64,000 nt of DNA from the NCBI RefSeq assembly GCF_018350175.1, contig NC_058368.1, positions 161,698,001 through 161,762,000 of the forward strand, in the 5' to 3' direction. Numbering within the stretch: the first letter of the stretch is position 1; every line of letters starts with the position of its first letter. The stretch comes from Felis catus (lineage: Eukaryota). The notes below the pieces were generated by a model. It did not search any database and was not told the origin of the DNA. It saw only the letters and a program-made list of their open reading frames with translations. Of the stretch, positions 1 through 13,246 are shown one piece after another. A program made the translations under genes and the position numbers.

Positions 1-2830
1 AACAAAAAATGAAGATAGTTTGTCCAGCGTGTCACCTTTCTCTTTCATAATTGCTTCTTCCTGTTTATTCTTATAAACCCCACCCCCCCCACCTAATCTA
101 TTTGCAGTCACAGTATGCCTCCTCATTGTCATATTCAGTGTCTCACACACAGTGAGAAATCCAAGGACTTAGTTCCTTTGCACACCAAGTTAAATGAGAA
201 AAATGGAATAAGGGAAATGTCAAACCCACCATATATCATGGTGGAGAAAGAGGAGAGATTCATAAATCTATTTGAACATAATTTTGTTCTATCACTTTGA
301 ATTATTTCTAAACAGGTTACTCATTTCAGTAGTTGTATAACTGTTTCCTTTTATCATCTTCCATCCCTTTCTAGAATAAATTTTAGCATGTAGAAGCATT
401 GTTTGGATCCTGAAGCTCTTTGTAAATCAGGACTCTATTACCATTCTTTTTTTAATCAAGCTGTAGGTATAGGTATCATTATGTTTAGATCTTTCAAAAG
501 AGGACTATTTTGCAGTAGGTAACTCTGATACAACTTGTAAGTAGGCAGTACTGTGAATTATTGGTATATACTCTCAGTTGACTTTTAATCCTGCTTGGAA
601 ACTCTTCTGTGCATTTCTACTCAGTGATCCCACTCACATCCCACTGAAGGTATTCCAAGCACTTGCCAAATTACATTCCCAAATTACCTTGTCCCTTCCT
701 TACATAAAACCCTGGACTATGAAAGTGGGGATTTCCTCCCTTGGGGGAGCCCATGCTTAGATATCTTCTTTGCAGCCCCAGATGTAGCCCAGCCCTGGCC
801 ATATAAATATTCCTGAATGAGCAAATGTGCAGAAACACTATCTATTCATTTTTTCCAAATGTGGAGTTATGTGATTTAAAGTATTTTGCTGCTTCAAAAC
901 AAACTTTTTAATGCAAAATTCTGAATCTGATTTTTTATTCTGTCGAATAGGACTACCATGCTTTGTGTATTACTACAATATTTGTATGAAACATATTCTG
1001 CGTTTATTATTTTCTGTAAAATAATCAGCTTACTAGTTTTGAAACTGACAGCAATTTTGTTGTAGGCATCTGGTCTAGGCAAAAAAGAAACAGAGAAAAT
1101 ATTTGCCAGCTGAATAAACTACAAAATATGTTTAGTAGCACTGATTCTTCCTAGTAGTGACTTTTATTAATGGGAACCTACAGATGGATTGACTACAACA
1201 CATACGGATTATACAAAGAATCAAGTTCTTTTATTTTTTTATGTGATGACTATCAACAAGCAAAAACAAAGAGTTTGGGGAAGATGCCCACATCCTACCC
1301 CGACATTGCTTCCTTAATTTTTATTATTTTAAAATGATTACTGTCAAACATTTATAAGACTGTGCAATTTTCTCAAGCACTACCGAAAAACATATATTTT
1401 AATGTAAGATCAGCTTGTCACATTGTGAAAATTTTATATGTGGCTATAAAATAATTTTTGCAGAAAGTTTACGGAGTTCTACTGAGAGGAGTAAGATCAA
1501 TGGAATAAAATGCAAAATCATAAGTAGCTGCGGGTAATAATTTTACTTTGAGTAAGATCCACTGGGGGAAAGGAAGAGCAAAAAACGAGTTACTATTAAA
1601 CCAAATTATCAAAAATATTAACTGTGTAATATAGAGTCCCTTGCATTTTAGATTATGTAAAGGTTATCTAGATGTCACATGATTGTTTTAGCTATTAAAT
1701 TTCATTCAAGTTTTTAACCGGCACAACTATCATTGGATATCTGAACTCAGTTACTTGGTACTACAGCTTAATTAATTTTGGCAAATTGCCCTGAAATGTT
1801 ATAAAGACCAAGGAAGCTGAGTCTATATAATTCATTCAATGGAATCTATACAAGCTAGGTACCTAAGAATTCCTAATTTCTTTATTACACTATCACTTTA
1901 TGACTTTATTTTTTTACAGAAGGACAAATGGATTCTTCCATTGCTTTTACTATCCCTAGGGTGATATCAAAGGACAGTATTTTCTTCAAGAGCATGCTTC
2001 AAATGAGTAATGAGAGAATGAGGCAAGCAATATGAACCATACTTTTTTCATGACAACAATTTAGTGTTGAGAATGGAAATGTTATGCTGCCCGAAACAAA
2101 AGCGATTTGTTTTTGGTAAGAAATTAATGATAGCAACTGCCAGCCCATTCTCTCTGCAAGGCATTCCATTTGACCATCAACATGGTCATTGGATGATGGT
2201 TTGGAGGATAAAAGTGGAGGCAGGATAGAATGGAGTGATTATAACTGAGTTCTTCATACACTAGCATTTGACTGACATTTTGTCCAGAAAAACCTTAATC
2301 AGGGAATGAGCTCTTGGGCTGCAAACTCATGTGAAAACAAGCAGGCATTTACCCAATAAAAGAGCAGTGACTTGTCACAATTTTTGGTGCTGACCTTGAC
2401 TGCAGTGCCTAACTTCATGATCCAGCTGGATAAAGATGCAAAGTAAGGAGCAACAGGAGGGAAAAATCAGCAGTACTGCTGCACCCACGGCTTTTCCACT
2501 TCTCACTCCCCAGATTTCCCACGTCTATTCTTTGGGCCTTTATGATTACTTTTCTTTATTCCCAACAACTTATATACCATTAGTTAAGAATTAGCTATCA
2601 GTTATATATACCTTAATGTTTATCTAAGCTACTTTATCCTCTCTCTCCTGAGTATTTGAAGTGTAGGTGGTTATTTCTTATTGAAACTAAAATCTGTTCA
2701 AACTATATAGACGTAAGGTCTTTCAAAGGATGAGAAAGCCTTCATGGCATGTACAAAACTTCTACCATTTACACAGGACCCTAACTTACTGACAAGGAGT
2801 AACAGTGGTGTATCAGAAGGTTAAAGTTTT

Positions 2831-3049
2831 GGGCACCTGGGTGGCGCAGTCGGTTAAGCGTCCGACTTCAGCCAGGTCACGATCTCGCGGTCCGTGAGTT
2901 CGAGCCCCGCGTCGGGCTCTGGGCTGATGGTTCAGAGCCTGGAGCCTGTTTCCAATTCTGTGTCTCCCTCTCTCTCTGCCCCTCCCCCGTTCATGCTCTC
3001 TCTCTGTCCCAAAAATAAATAAATGTTGAAAAAAAAATTAAAAAAAAAA
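2831..3049 (+). mobile_element. Full-length young feline CanSINE (SINEC_Fc type)
   Basis: GGGCACCTGGGTGGCGCAGTCGGTTAAGCGTCCGACTTCAGCCAGGTCACG head with CpGs retained, CT tract, AATAAA and A-tail; TSD AGAAGG(T/C)TAAAGTTTT at 2815-2830 and 3050-3065. Confidence 0.95.
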
Positions 3050-3065
3050 AGAAGGCTAAAGTTTT

Positions 3066-3178
3066 GTGTGTGTGTGTGTGTGTGTGTGTGTTGCCTTTTT
3101 TTTTAAATCAAGTTTTTAATTTTAATTCCAGTATAGTTAACATACAGTGTTACCTTAGTTTTAGGTGTACAATATGCC
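3066..3178 (-). mobile_element. Short 5'-truncated carnivore L1 3' end with (TG)n next to the tail
   Basis: T-run followed by TTTAATTCCAGTATAGTTAACATACAGTGTTA...GGTGTACAATAT, resembling an L1 3' terminus in reverse; flanked by GAAGGCTAA(A/G)GTT repeats. Confidence 0.75.
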
Positions 3179-3239
3179 GAAGGCTAAGGTTCTTAAGATA
3201 TGATAGAAATTATCTTTCCTTAAGAACTGAGAAAATACT

Positions 3240-3432
3240 GAGGTGCCTAGGTGGCTCAGTTGGTTAAGTATCTGACTATTTCAGCTCACTCATGATCTCA
3301 CAGTTCATGGGATGGAGTCCTGGTCTGGCTCTGCGCTGACAGCACAGAGCCTTTTTTTATTCTCTCTCTCTCCCTCTCTCTCTGCCCCTCCCCTACTCAT
3401 TCTCCTTCTCTCAAAATAAATTAAAAGGAAAA
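3240..3432 (+). mobile_element. Older CanSINE
   Basis: GGTGCCTAGGTGGCTCAGTTGGTTAAG head, CT tract, A-rich tail; TSD AACTGAGAAAATA on both sides. Confidence 0.9.
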
Positions 3433-4290
3433 TAACTGAGAAAATATTTTAGGATTTTACTTTCACTTAGGCCCCTGAAGTGGCAGTAACAGCATAATAT
3501 CATTTGGAGGAAATGATTGTGACAACACTGAAAACAAGTGTAAGAATTTACAACTTATATAATGTGATTTGATTGGTTCTCAAAATAAGCTGTTGAGCAA
3601 TATTTCCCACAGTTGTCAACAAATATATTGAGTTTAAATACAGTCTTCAGAAAACCATATTGAACCACAAGCCCTATCTTGAAGGGAGAGTGCACTCACT
3701 CACTAATGCATAAAAAGGAACATCATTCAGCATATTACTGGGGAACAGAAAATAGGTCTGGCTGTTTGGGATGCACCTCAGTGAGCGCAAGCTGGTAGAG
3801 TTATCAGACTGACCTCTGCAGTGTGGTTTACCTTCCTACCACTGAATACTGGTTTTTACTAGGACTCCATAATTTTTCCTTCTTCTCTTGTTTCTCTGAA
3901 TATTTTCCTTGACTTATTCCATCCATGGATTGTGAAAAATGTAAATGTTTTATTTACTAGACATCAATCCCAGACATAGAAAATAGAGTTTCTAGCCTGC
4001 TCCTGGCTAACATGCTTTCCAATTCTTGGTTTTTATATAAACCCATAACTAGAAGGAATTTTTAAAAGGACTTTAAAAAATATTTTAAAATCAATCCCTT
4101 ATTCTGGCACAATATGTTTACTCATTCACCCAGATTTTTAAATAATTTGGGAGTAACAATGATGAGAAGAGAAAAAAAGGAGAGATGACCCTTCCCTTGA
4201 TCCCTTGCCAAAAGTGCCTTTGAAATATGCAATAGATATGTCAATAACTTATTTTCCTACATGAAAAGTCTAGTGCTCAAGCCCCAAGTC

Positions 4291-4386
4291 TTTTTCCTTT
4301 ATTTTTTAAGCGTTTATTCATTTTTGAGAGACAGAAAGTGAATGGGGGAGGGGCAGAGAGAGAGGTAGACACAGAATCCAAAGCAT
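4291..4386 (-). mobile_element. 5'-truncated CanSINE
   Basis: TTTATTCATTTTTGAGAGACAG...GGGGAGGGGCAGAGAGAGAGG...CACAGAATCCAAAGCA; TSD CAAGTCTTTT. Confidence 0.85.
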
Positions 4387-7000
4387 CAAGTCTTTTGTCT
4401 TATTCTCTTCTCATATATTACTGGTATCTTGGTACCAGCTGGCATTTCAAATATCTAAGCCATAATTTGGAAGTTGCAGCTGAGACTGAGATAATCTATT
4501 AAAAAATGTTAGGAGCTAGGGTTAGCTGACTGACAATGATCAATCATATGCAAACACCTAATCAAGTAGGTTGAAGGAGTTCAAGATAAACCACATCTAA
4601 ATTATTCTAGGGAAATAAGAAACTATAAATTTTTTAAAGATTTATGGAGAAGTTGATTCAATAACCTTCCTTGGCAAACTCAGTATCTAGTCATGCTCAC
4701 TGTTTAAACATTATTATATATTTGCTTTTTATCTTAAATTGACAATTATTTTAGTGTATATAAGAAATCTTGGAATGGAATAAAGTCCCAGTCACCTGGA
4801 CTTAAATTAGAATAGCTTTATGCACAATAATTCAATACATAGTTTGCATATTGATGAGTGTTCCTCTTTTCTTTCCTGAAAGGTCAGAGAAACAAGGGAA
4901 TTTCTAAGGTAATTTATATAGTTTCTACCACTCATTACAGGATTGGGGTTTGAAAGTAGAAAGGGAATAAACAACCAAAAGCATGTACTGACTATAACCT
5001 ATGAAATAAATTTATGAATTTTTCCTGTAGCTCTTAAATATAGCAGTATAAACATTTGTTCTGAATATTAAATTTCAGTCTTGGAATTTAAAAATGATGA
5101 AAATCAATTTATTTCCCTGGCTAAAGTATTTAAAATAGCTTTTTTTTCTTCTAGAAAACACTATAATAAATCAATCTGTCAAAAAATCATATATATATGT
5201 ATATATTCGGATTTGAAAGATAATGCTCAAGGTAATAATCAAGAGACACTAAGTTATGAAATTATAGAATTAGGGCAACTTTCTTAGTTTTTCAGGATGA
5301 ATTTATAGATGTTCATTCTAGATGTTCCCAAGTGTCTCACTTCATTATTATGGTTCATTTACTTTTTAATCAGAACTTAGTCTAACAGTTTTATCCTAAC
5401 AATACCTTAGGCAGGTACAATTTAGTAAGCATTGATTTACAATTATGTGGGTACTGGGCACAAGATGGTTCTTCACATATACCAGTTGATTAATTAATAC
5501 ATTGCTGGGAAAACAAGCTATCTCTGTGGAGATTCAAGCCTTCTTTATTGGCAGGGTTTCCCTCTGCTTCCAAATAAGCTGCATGGTAAATAGGATTTCC
5601 AGTGATACCCAGGTTGATTAAAAAATTGCTTCCTCCATCCAGCCTGCTGCCCTGCTTCTTTGATTGCTCTAAAGAACTAACCCTGATTCAAACTTCAAAG
5701 TCTTTCTACAGAACAACTTTGCCCTTTTTCATGACTCAATTTTCTACTCCTCTGCACCTGTGTCCCAACCCCCATCATAATGAATATAGGCTTTCATCCT
5801 TTCTCTTAGTTATATGAAGAGATAGATAAATAAGTATTTGCACTTATGAAACTTATAACATAGAGAACAAAGGGAACAATAAAATACATTCTGATTACTG
5901 TTTAGAGGCACACATCCTTTGTAAAGAAAATACAGAGAAAAGACTCCCAGGTCAATCTCTGAATAAGGGACAAGAGTGAAGAAAGAATGGAAATGATCCA
6001 GGAGGAGAAAAGAAAAAAAAATGCATACCAAGGGGAAAAAAACAGGATGGGTCATTGTCACTGACTGCCATGAAGGCTTCCCCACTCCTCAAAAGCCATT
6101 CTAGATACTTTGCAGAACCTTTTAGTCTCAATGAGAGAGAAATATGTTGGCCAAGGGCAGCCTAGAAGCTCTGCTTCCTACAGGTTCCTTTGTGAGCCAT
6201 ATACCTGTGAATCATTTCTCAGATACAAGCCATTTATATTTTCACATTCCACAATGAAATATAAATGACATGAGCTGCTAGGAAACAATACTTTAACACA
6301 AGGGTAACTGGATTATGATTTCAGGAAACACTGCAGTTCCAGAAGGGCAAACATCCGCATTCCCAGCAAAGAAAGAAACATTTCATCATGGAAATATCAT
6401 GAGGTTTAAAATACCCAGTATGCAGTGTTTAGCTAATCAAAAACATTAAAGATGCATGTTTTTTTAAATAAATATTACAGCTGTGTTGCTCATTGGTCAA
6501 AATAGAAACCATTTGGAAATGTTTTTGGCATAAGATTAAATTTAAAACAAGCCATTTTCAGAAAATATTTGGAGTGAATGTCACGATCTTCAGTTGTTTC
6601 TTAAAATTACTTTTCCTTGTGTGACTTTGAGCTGGTTCAATATTCCAAAACAATCCATTTGAATAACAGTGATGAACTCATATTTCCTACCAATGGTCTA
6701 TTTCAGTCTCTATTTTTACTGGGAACTCCATTGGGAGCCTGGTCTGATTCAAATTCTGAAAGCTCATGTCATTTACATGAATTTAGCCTGCAGAAGATCA
6801 CCCTAATTTTAATTAGCCTTTTATCTTCAGATTCATTTAAAATTGAAAGATTTTCATATCTGAAAAATGAGTGTAGTAACTAAAATCTGAGCAGTGGTAT
6901 TTTTGTGTCAGTCTTAAAACTGGAAAAAAAGTGATGCTAAAAGATGTGTGAAGATAAAACCTTTTCATTTGTTAGGAACCACATTAAAAAATCATACATT

Positions 7001-7070
7001 CTATATGTTAACTAACTTCAATTTAGATAAAATCTTGAAAGAAAAAATAAAAAGATAAATAAAAATTTAA
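7001..7070 (+). mobile_element. Very short carnivore L1 3' end
   Basis: CTATATGTTAACTAAC...AATTTAGATAAAATCTTGAAA plus A-rich tail, similar to the end of the L1 at ~46690-46730; TSD AAA(A/C)TCATACATT. Confidence 0.7.
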
Positions 7071-7085
7071 AAACTCATACATTGT

Positions 7086-7795
7086 TATATATACAGTGGA
7101 ATATTATGCAGACATTGAAAGGATGATATTGTGCCATTTGCAACATGGGTAAACCTAGAGAGTAGTAGGCTAAGTGAAATAACTCAGACTAAGAAAGACA
7201 AATATCATATGATTCGCTCATATGCAGAATCTAAGAAAAACAATTGAATAAACAAACAAACAAAAAGCAGAATTAGACCTATAAATAGAGAGAACAAACT
7301 AATGGTTACCAGGGAGGAAGGAGGTGGGTGGATAGACAAAATGGGTGAAGGGGAGTAGAAAATACAGGCTTCCCATTATGGAATGTTCATGGGAACAAAA
7401 AGCATAGCATAGGGAATACAGTTGATGATATTCTTTTTTTTAATGTTTATTTATTTTTGAAAGGGAGAGAGAGAGCGCACGCATGACCGGGGAAGGGGCA
7501 GAGAGGGAGGAGGACAGAGGATCCCAAGTGGGCTCTGTGCAACAGGCTGGATACAGGGCTCAAACTCACCAACCGTAAGTAACATCATGACCTGAGCCAA
7601 AGTCGAAGCTTAACTGACTGAGACACCCAGGTGCCCCTAATCAGTGATATTCTAATAGTGTTGTATGGTACAGGTGGTAGCTACACTTGTGGTGAGCACA
7701 GCATAATGTATAGGGAAGTGGAATCACTATGTTGTACATAGAAACTAATGTTAACATTGTGTATCAACTATATTCAAATAAAAAAAATTTAAGGA
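7086..7795 (+). mobile_element. 5'-truncated carnivore L1 (end of ORF2 and 3' UTR), interrupted by a SINE
   Basis: CAGTGGAATATTATGCAG...GCCATTTGCAACATGG...CTAAGTGAAATAACTCAGAC...TGTATCAACTATATTCAAATAAAA; TSD TCATACATTGT. Confidence 0.88.
7434..7637 (-). mobile_element. CanSINE nested in L1
   Basis: Reverse-complement SINE ending ...CACCCAGGTGCCCC; TSD core TGATATTCT. Confidence 0.9.
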
Positions 7796-8699
7796 AAAAT
7801 ATCATACATTGTAACAAATTAACTGTGTGCTGCTTTTCTTTTAATAGAAAGATATACTTGACTAATGAAAAATTTAGAACATCAGCTACACAGAAAAGAC
7901 ATGTCAGTTGATTTGATTTCTGCAAGTCTTGTTATTCCTTCCTACATTTAAATGCACACGCTAGAAATTATGACCCTGATCATTAAATTGTGAATGAAGT
8001 ACTCACAACCTGCTAGTTTATGGGTTGCCTACCAAAAGAAAACCTAAATGATCCAGCAAAATCCCAGGAAACTTAAGAGGGTATATTAAGTGATATCCCA
8101 TTGTTAAACTTCATTTCATTTAATGACAAAAATGAAGAAATAAGTGTAATGCTTATGAAGTATGCAGATTAATTTATTATATTCTGAATAAGAGGAAATA
8201 ATTCAAAAGTTAGTCACTTCCAGTAATAGTGTAAAAGAATACTTATCCTCCCAACACAAGATGAAATTACTAAGAATAAATTCAAGATAGCACAACAAAT
8301 GCCAACACAATAAATATAAAGTGGGAAACTTTTGCCATATGTTAAGCAAGACAAAATCAATTTTTCAAAATCCTAAGTGATGACAAGTTGCATATGAATG
8401 TATCATTATAAGGAAAGTGTATTGGTACTGTCTGACATGCAAAAAGTCCAACAAACAACTTGCATGGGATACTATTAGTATATCATATGTTATATATTTG
8501 CTCATAATAGTGTATTATATTGTATATCACATAGTGTGTTAAGTGTATACAAAATATTAATAGTATATTAAATATTGTTATATGTTGTGTGTATATGTAG
8601 CAGTATATATTATTTTTATTTTTCCTGTATGCAATATATAAACACTACTCCAGAAGTAATTTTACATAATTTGCATTTATAGAAAGAGCTATGCTTTTT

Positions 8700-8919
8700 A
8701 TTTTTTTTTTTAAACGTTTATTTATTTTTGAGACAGAGAGAGACAGAGCATGAACGGGGGACGGTCAGAGAGAGAGAGAGGGAGACACAGAATCCGAAAC
8801 AGGCTCCAGGCTCCGAGCTGTCAGCACAGAGCCCAACGCGGGGCTTGAACTCACAAACCGCGAGATCTTGACCTGAGCTGAAGTCGGACGCTTAACCGAC
8901 CGAGGCACCCAGGCGCCCC
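8700..8919 (-). mobile_element. Full-length, CpG-rich feline CanSINE
   Basis: Perfect 16-bp TSD AAGAGCTATGCTTTTT (8684-8699 / 8920-8935); ends CACCCAGGCGCCCC. Confidence 0.95.
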
Positions 8920-10373
8920 AAGAGCTATGCTTTTTAAACAGGTTAATAATTTTCGAAATTTAAAGAAAGAACAAATTCAATAGGATAAATGGCTCCCTAA
9001 CAAACATATATCCCTATATCTTCTATATCTATATCATCTATAACTATACCATCTATATCTATACCCATCTATATACACACACTTACACATATTTGTGTGT
9101 ATATGTGTGTGTACATGTTTGTGTGTGTGTGTATGTCTTTTACCAGCAACAAGAAACATTTAGATGGGGGTGGGTTAGCTTAATTATGGTCTTGAAAAAT
9201 ATAAAGAACATTTAAATTCCAAGAGAAATGACTTTGAAGCAGGAATATTATAGTAAGCTACCTCATTATTATGTTGATTAAGTTAAACAAAGCTTTTTAT
9301 TTAGGTTAATAGATGAAATTTCTGAGGATGTTTGTAAATATTAAGTACAAATGTGTATTGTGTTGTTTTGAATATTCACTTAAGCAACAACAGTTAAAGC
9401 ACAGGACCAGTGAAACTCAGCACCCAAAAGAACCTAAATGGTTATTTATGTCACTTCCCACATTTTAAAAGATACAAATCTGAGTCTGAAGGATATAAAT
9501 AGTCTTGTCCGTGGACAGAATAGTTTTATTTTGACCTTTCTTGTATATTAAACTCCTAAATAATTCTTGAAAATTCTCTAAGCCAGTATTCTGTTTGGTT
9601 CAATGTAGAGACAAGTTTTCAAAAGAATAAGAATATTTTTTCAGAACCTGCAAAATACATCTGTTAACTCTAATTTGAGAAACTCTGCTATAGGTCATAG
9701 GGTATACCAAGCATTTCAAATGAAAGTTCTTAATTCCAAGCTATTTTAATGCAGTCATTAGTCAATTTTACTCACACTTGTACATTTCTTTTGTAGTTTT
9801 TAAATTATCCTTTAAATAAGAAACATTTGGAAGATTTGTTAACTATAAGGGTAGCATATATATTCTCCACTAAAAGATAAAAAAACAGATATCATAGAAC
9901 TCATAAAAATTTTTAAAAATATACATGAACTGAATTTATCTTTCCCTTAATCATTTTGGTGAAGATGTTTACAAATTGTTGGATAACTTTAGAATTACCA
10001 ACTATGAAGGTAACACATAGAACATTATCAACTTTTATTAATCTCAATAATCACCAGTCCTTAATCTAAGTGTTTATCTTGATTAATACAAAGTATCTTT
10101 ATCAACTTAAAGAGAGTATAGTCTCTATTATATGAATATTGATATTAAAACAAATAATTAGGGTATGATGACAAAATAGGAAAAACATTTTTTTGTTGTA
10201 GTAGAACTGAAACAATAAACTAATGGATGATATAAATTTATAAAATAATTTGGACTTGAATATTTAAATTTTGACTTAAATACTTTAATGCTTCATAATA
10301 ATTGTCAGAGGCAAAGGATTCAAATATAAACGTTTGAATATATTTTCCAGAATGATTGCAACAAATCTAAAGG

Positions 10374-10567
10374 TTTTTTTTTTTATGTTTATTTATATTT
10401 GAGAGAGAGACAGAGCACGAGTGGGGAGGGGCAGAGAGAGATGGAGACAGAATTCGAAGCAGATCCCAGGCTCTGAGCTGTCAGTACAAAGCCTGACACA
10501 GGAGCCATGAGATCATGACCTGAGCTGAAGTCAGACATTCTAACCAACTGAGCCACCCCAGCGCCCC
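10374..10567 (-). mobile_element. CanSINE with short internal deletion
   Basis: T-tail, GAGA tract, CAGGCTCTGAGCTGTCAG, GAGATCATGACCTGAGCTGAAGTC; the segment around the B-box (GGGCTCGAACTC) is missing. Confidence 0.9.
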
Positions 10568-10852
10568 GAAAAAAAAAACTAAAGTTTAAATCAATTATGC
10601 TCTTAAATATAATTATCTGAATAGAGGTAAGAGAATTATAATTAAGATATCAGAGAATAGAGATAAGATCCCAAGGAACAAACTCCCTAAAGTAAAAACT
10701 TAAAAAAAAAAAAAAAAAAAAAAAGAGGCAGAAGACTATATATCATTCTAAGCAAGAACTGGAAATTTGTATATAACATTTTTATGCATATAAAATATAA
10801 TTTTAAAATACACTTATTTATCTATCTAATCTCTTTCCATGGAGAATTATTT

Positions 10853-11087
10853 AAAAAAAACATTTTTATGTTTATTCATTTTTGAAAGACAGAAACAGAG
10901 CACAAGCACCGGTGGAGCGGGCAGAGAGAGTCGGGGCGGTGGGGGAGGGGACACACAGAATCTGAAGCAGGCTCCAGGCTCCAAGCTGTCAGCACGGAGC
11001 CTGACGCGGGGCTCGAACTCACCAACCGCAAGATCATGACCTGAGCTAAAGTCGGATGCTCGACCAACTGAGCCACCCAGGTGCCCC
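10853..11087 (-). mobile_element. CanSINE
   Basis: Typical reverse SINE; degenerate TSD TGGAGAATT(A/C)TT. Confidence 0.92.
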
Positions 11088-11117
11088 TTTTCTTGGAGAA
11101 TTCTTAAGAAACTATCA

Positions 11118-11276
11118 GGGGTGCACAGGTGGCCCAGTTGGTTAAGCATTCGACTCTTGATTTTATTTAGCTCGGGTCATGATCTCGTAGTTCATGAGTT
11201 TGAGCCCCACATTGGGCTTGGCACTGACAGTGTGAAACCTGCTTGGGAAACCTGTCTCTCTCTCTCTCTCTGTCTC

Positions 11277-11317
<41 letters not shown>

Positions 11318-11337
11318 AATAAATAAATGAAATTAAA
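11118..11337 (+). mobile_element. CanSINE (older subfamily)
   Basis: GGGGTGCACAGGTGGCCCAGTTGGTTAAGC head, long (CT)n, AATAAA tail. Confidence 0.9.
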
Positions 11338-12999
11338 ATTATCTATAGCACTTGGTAGTGGAACTGAGGGTTTACTTTTTCATGCTGGTTTGTTTTTACC
11401 ATGTTAATAAATGAGAAAATAAAGTATAACCATCCCACTGTATAAAACAGCACTTGGCTATTGTGCATCAATTATAGTAATTATAAAAATAGGACTTTTT
11501 TGACTAACACTAAATATTTTATAAAAATATATTTTGATATGTCATATAATAATTTAAAATTGTATCTTAAACTAGTCCAAGGGGTAATGTTTGTTTCAGT
11601 ATATTATGTGTTGTACATTGACAATTTTATTATAAATGTAATAGAACCTTGAATTTTTTATATCTTGTCACATTTTTAAAGTTTCAGCAAGTCATTTTAA
11701 AGTTTCAAAATCCCCTCTTCATTCTTAAAGTCTTATGAAAATTATTCCTCTTTCATAAGGAAAACTGCAAAATAATTATAAAAATATGTAGTCATGTGTA
11801 GCTTTTGAAGAAATACCAGAGAAAAGCTTGCAACTCCACACCAGTTTAATGCATTCAGGTATTCTCTTAAATTTGTAAATATATCTTTTCTTTGTCCCCA
11901 TTAGATTACCCTTTCATTATTTTGTAAGATTGTTTTAAAATTATAATCTAGCTATCCTTTTGTCCTTACATTTTATTTAATATGGCTTGGGAAGAATGGC
12001 CATTCATTAAAACATAATCTAAGAATCTCTTTGAGTTTTATGATTGAGGTTTTATTTTGGGGGCTTTATAAAAAATCCCTACAATTGAATAGACGTTTGA
12101 AGTTGGTAAGCCATCATAATTTTCAGCGAGGAAAAAGTTTAAATAATGATGCTTGACAATATGAAAACTATCTAAATGATTCTCATTGTGTTCAGGAACC
12201 TTTTGCTTTCCAAATCACTTAAACTCTCTACTTGTAATTGCAGTGCTTGGAAGGCCCTTTGCATACACAGTGATTACATGCACACTAAACTGCGTGCTTT
12301 TACTAGGTGTTCTAAACTTTTTATGAGAGACAACAAACTCCAGGAATCAACAGAGGCTATGAAATTCTCTAAACTATTTTCCTGAACTTTATTAACCACA
12401 GTGTTTCAGAGAGATGTAAAACAGATACTTAAAGAACAGATCTTTGGGGAGTTTGCTCATGCTTTCATATCATGTGAATCTGTTTCATCAGTATTCACAC
12501 TTCCTTATTTTCTTCCAGAGTTCCAGTAGCTTTGCAGAGTATACACATTATGTTGAAATGCTACATTGCATGCATTAATGTGTTCATTTCATTAATTCCA
12601 TAAATGAAGTCACCTTTCACATATACCACCTGTACAAATTTCCAATGGGATTTGAAGAGTGAAAGGCACCTCTAGAACTACTTCTTTATATCCTGGGTCA
12701 CAGTTTAGAATTCAATCGTTTGACATCTGAAGGGGGAGCACATAGATAGATGAGTAGTACAGTAGCAAGGTGAGTTCTTCATGGAGAATTCAAAACAATT
12801 CTTGTGAAAAACATCTAAAGCATAGTAATCTAAAGAAAGTATACCATTAACTTCACCAGTGGTCAGAAGTTTGGCCTTGTTAATTTTTGGAATAAAATGC
12901 TTAGGTGAAATAGTTTATAATCGTTATGGAAGGAATGTGGATAAAACAAAACATGAGTATTGATGAACTAGTTATTAAAAGGTTCTGCACTTTCTATAT

Positions 13000-13210
13000 A
13001 TTTTTAATGTTTATTTATTTTTGAGAGAGAGAAAGATACAGAGCATGATTGGTGGAGGGGCAGAGAGAGAGGGAGACACAGAATCCGAAACAGGCTCCAG
13101 GCTCTGAGCTGTCAGCACAGAACCCAACATGGGGCTTGAACTCATGAACCGTGAGATCATGACCTGAGCTGCAGTTAAACACTTAACCACTGAGCCACCC
13201 AGGCTCCCCC
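13000..13210 (-). mobile_element. CanSINE
   Basis: 15-bp TSD CTGCACTTTCTATAT (12985-12999 / 13211-13225). Confidence 0.93.
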
Positions 13211-13246
13211 CTGCACTTTCTATATTAAAAAAAAAATCTGTTAAAA

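Noticed and set aside
2831..2915. tRNA-like A/B-box sequences at SINE heads
   Set aside because: tRNA-derived CanSINE heads followed by CT tract, A-tail and TSD; not tRNA genes.
10839..11330. Recurrent ORF family (MAQxVKxxTxAQVMIS...SDSVSPSLS) at many loci
   Set aside because: These are translations of CanSINE bodies, not a gene family.
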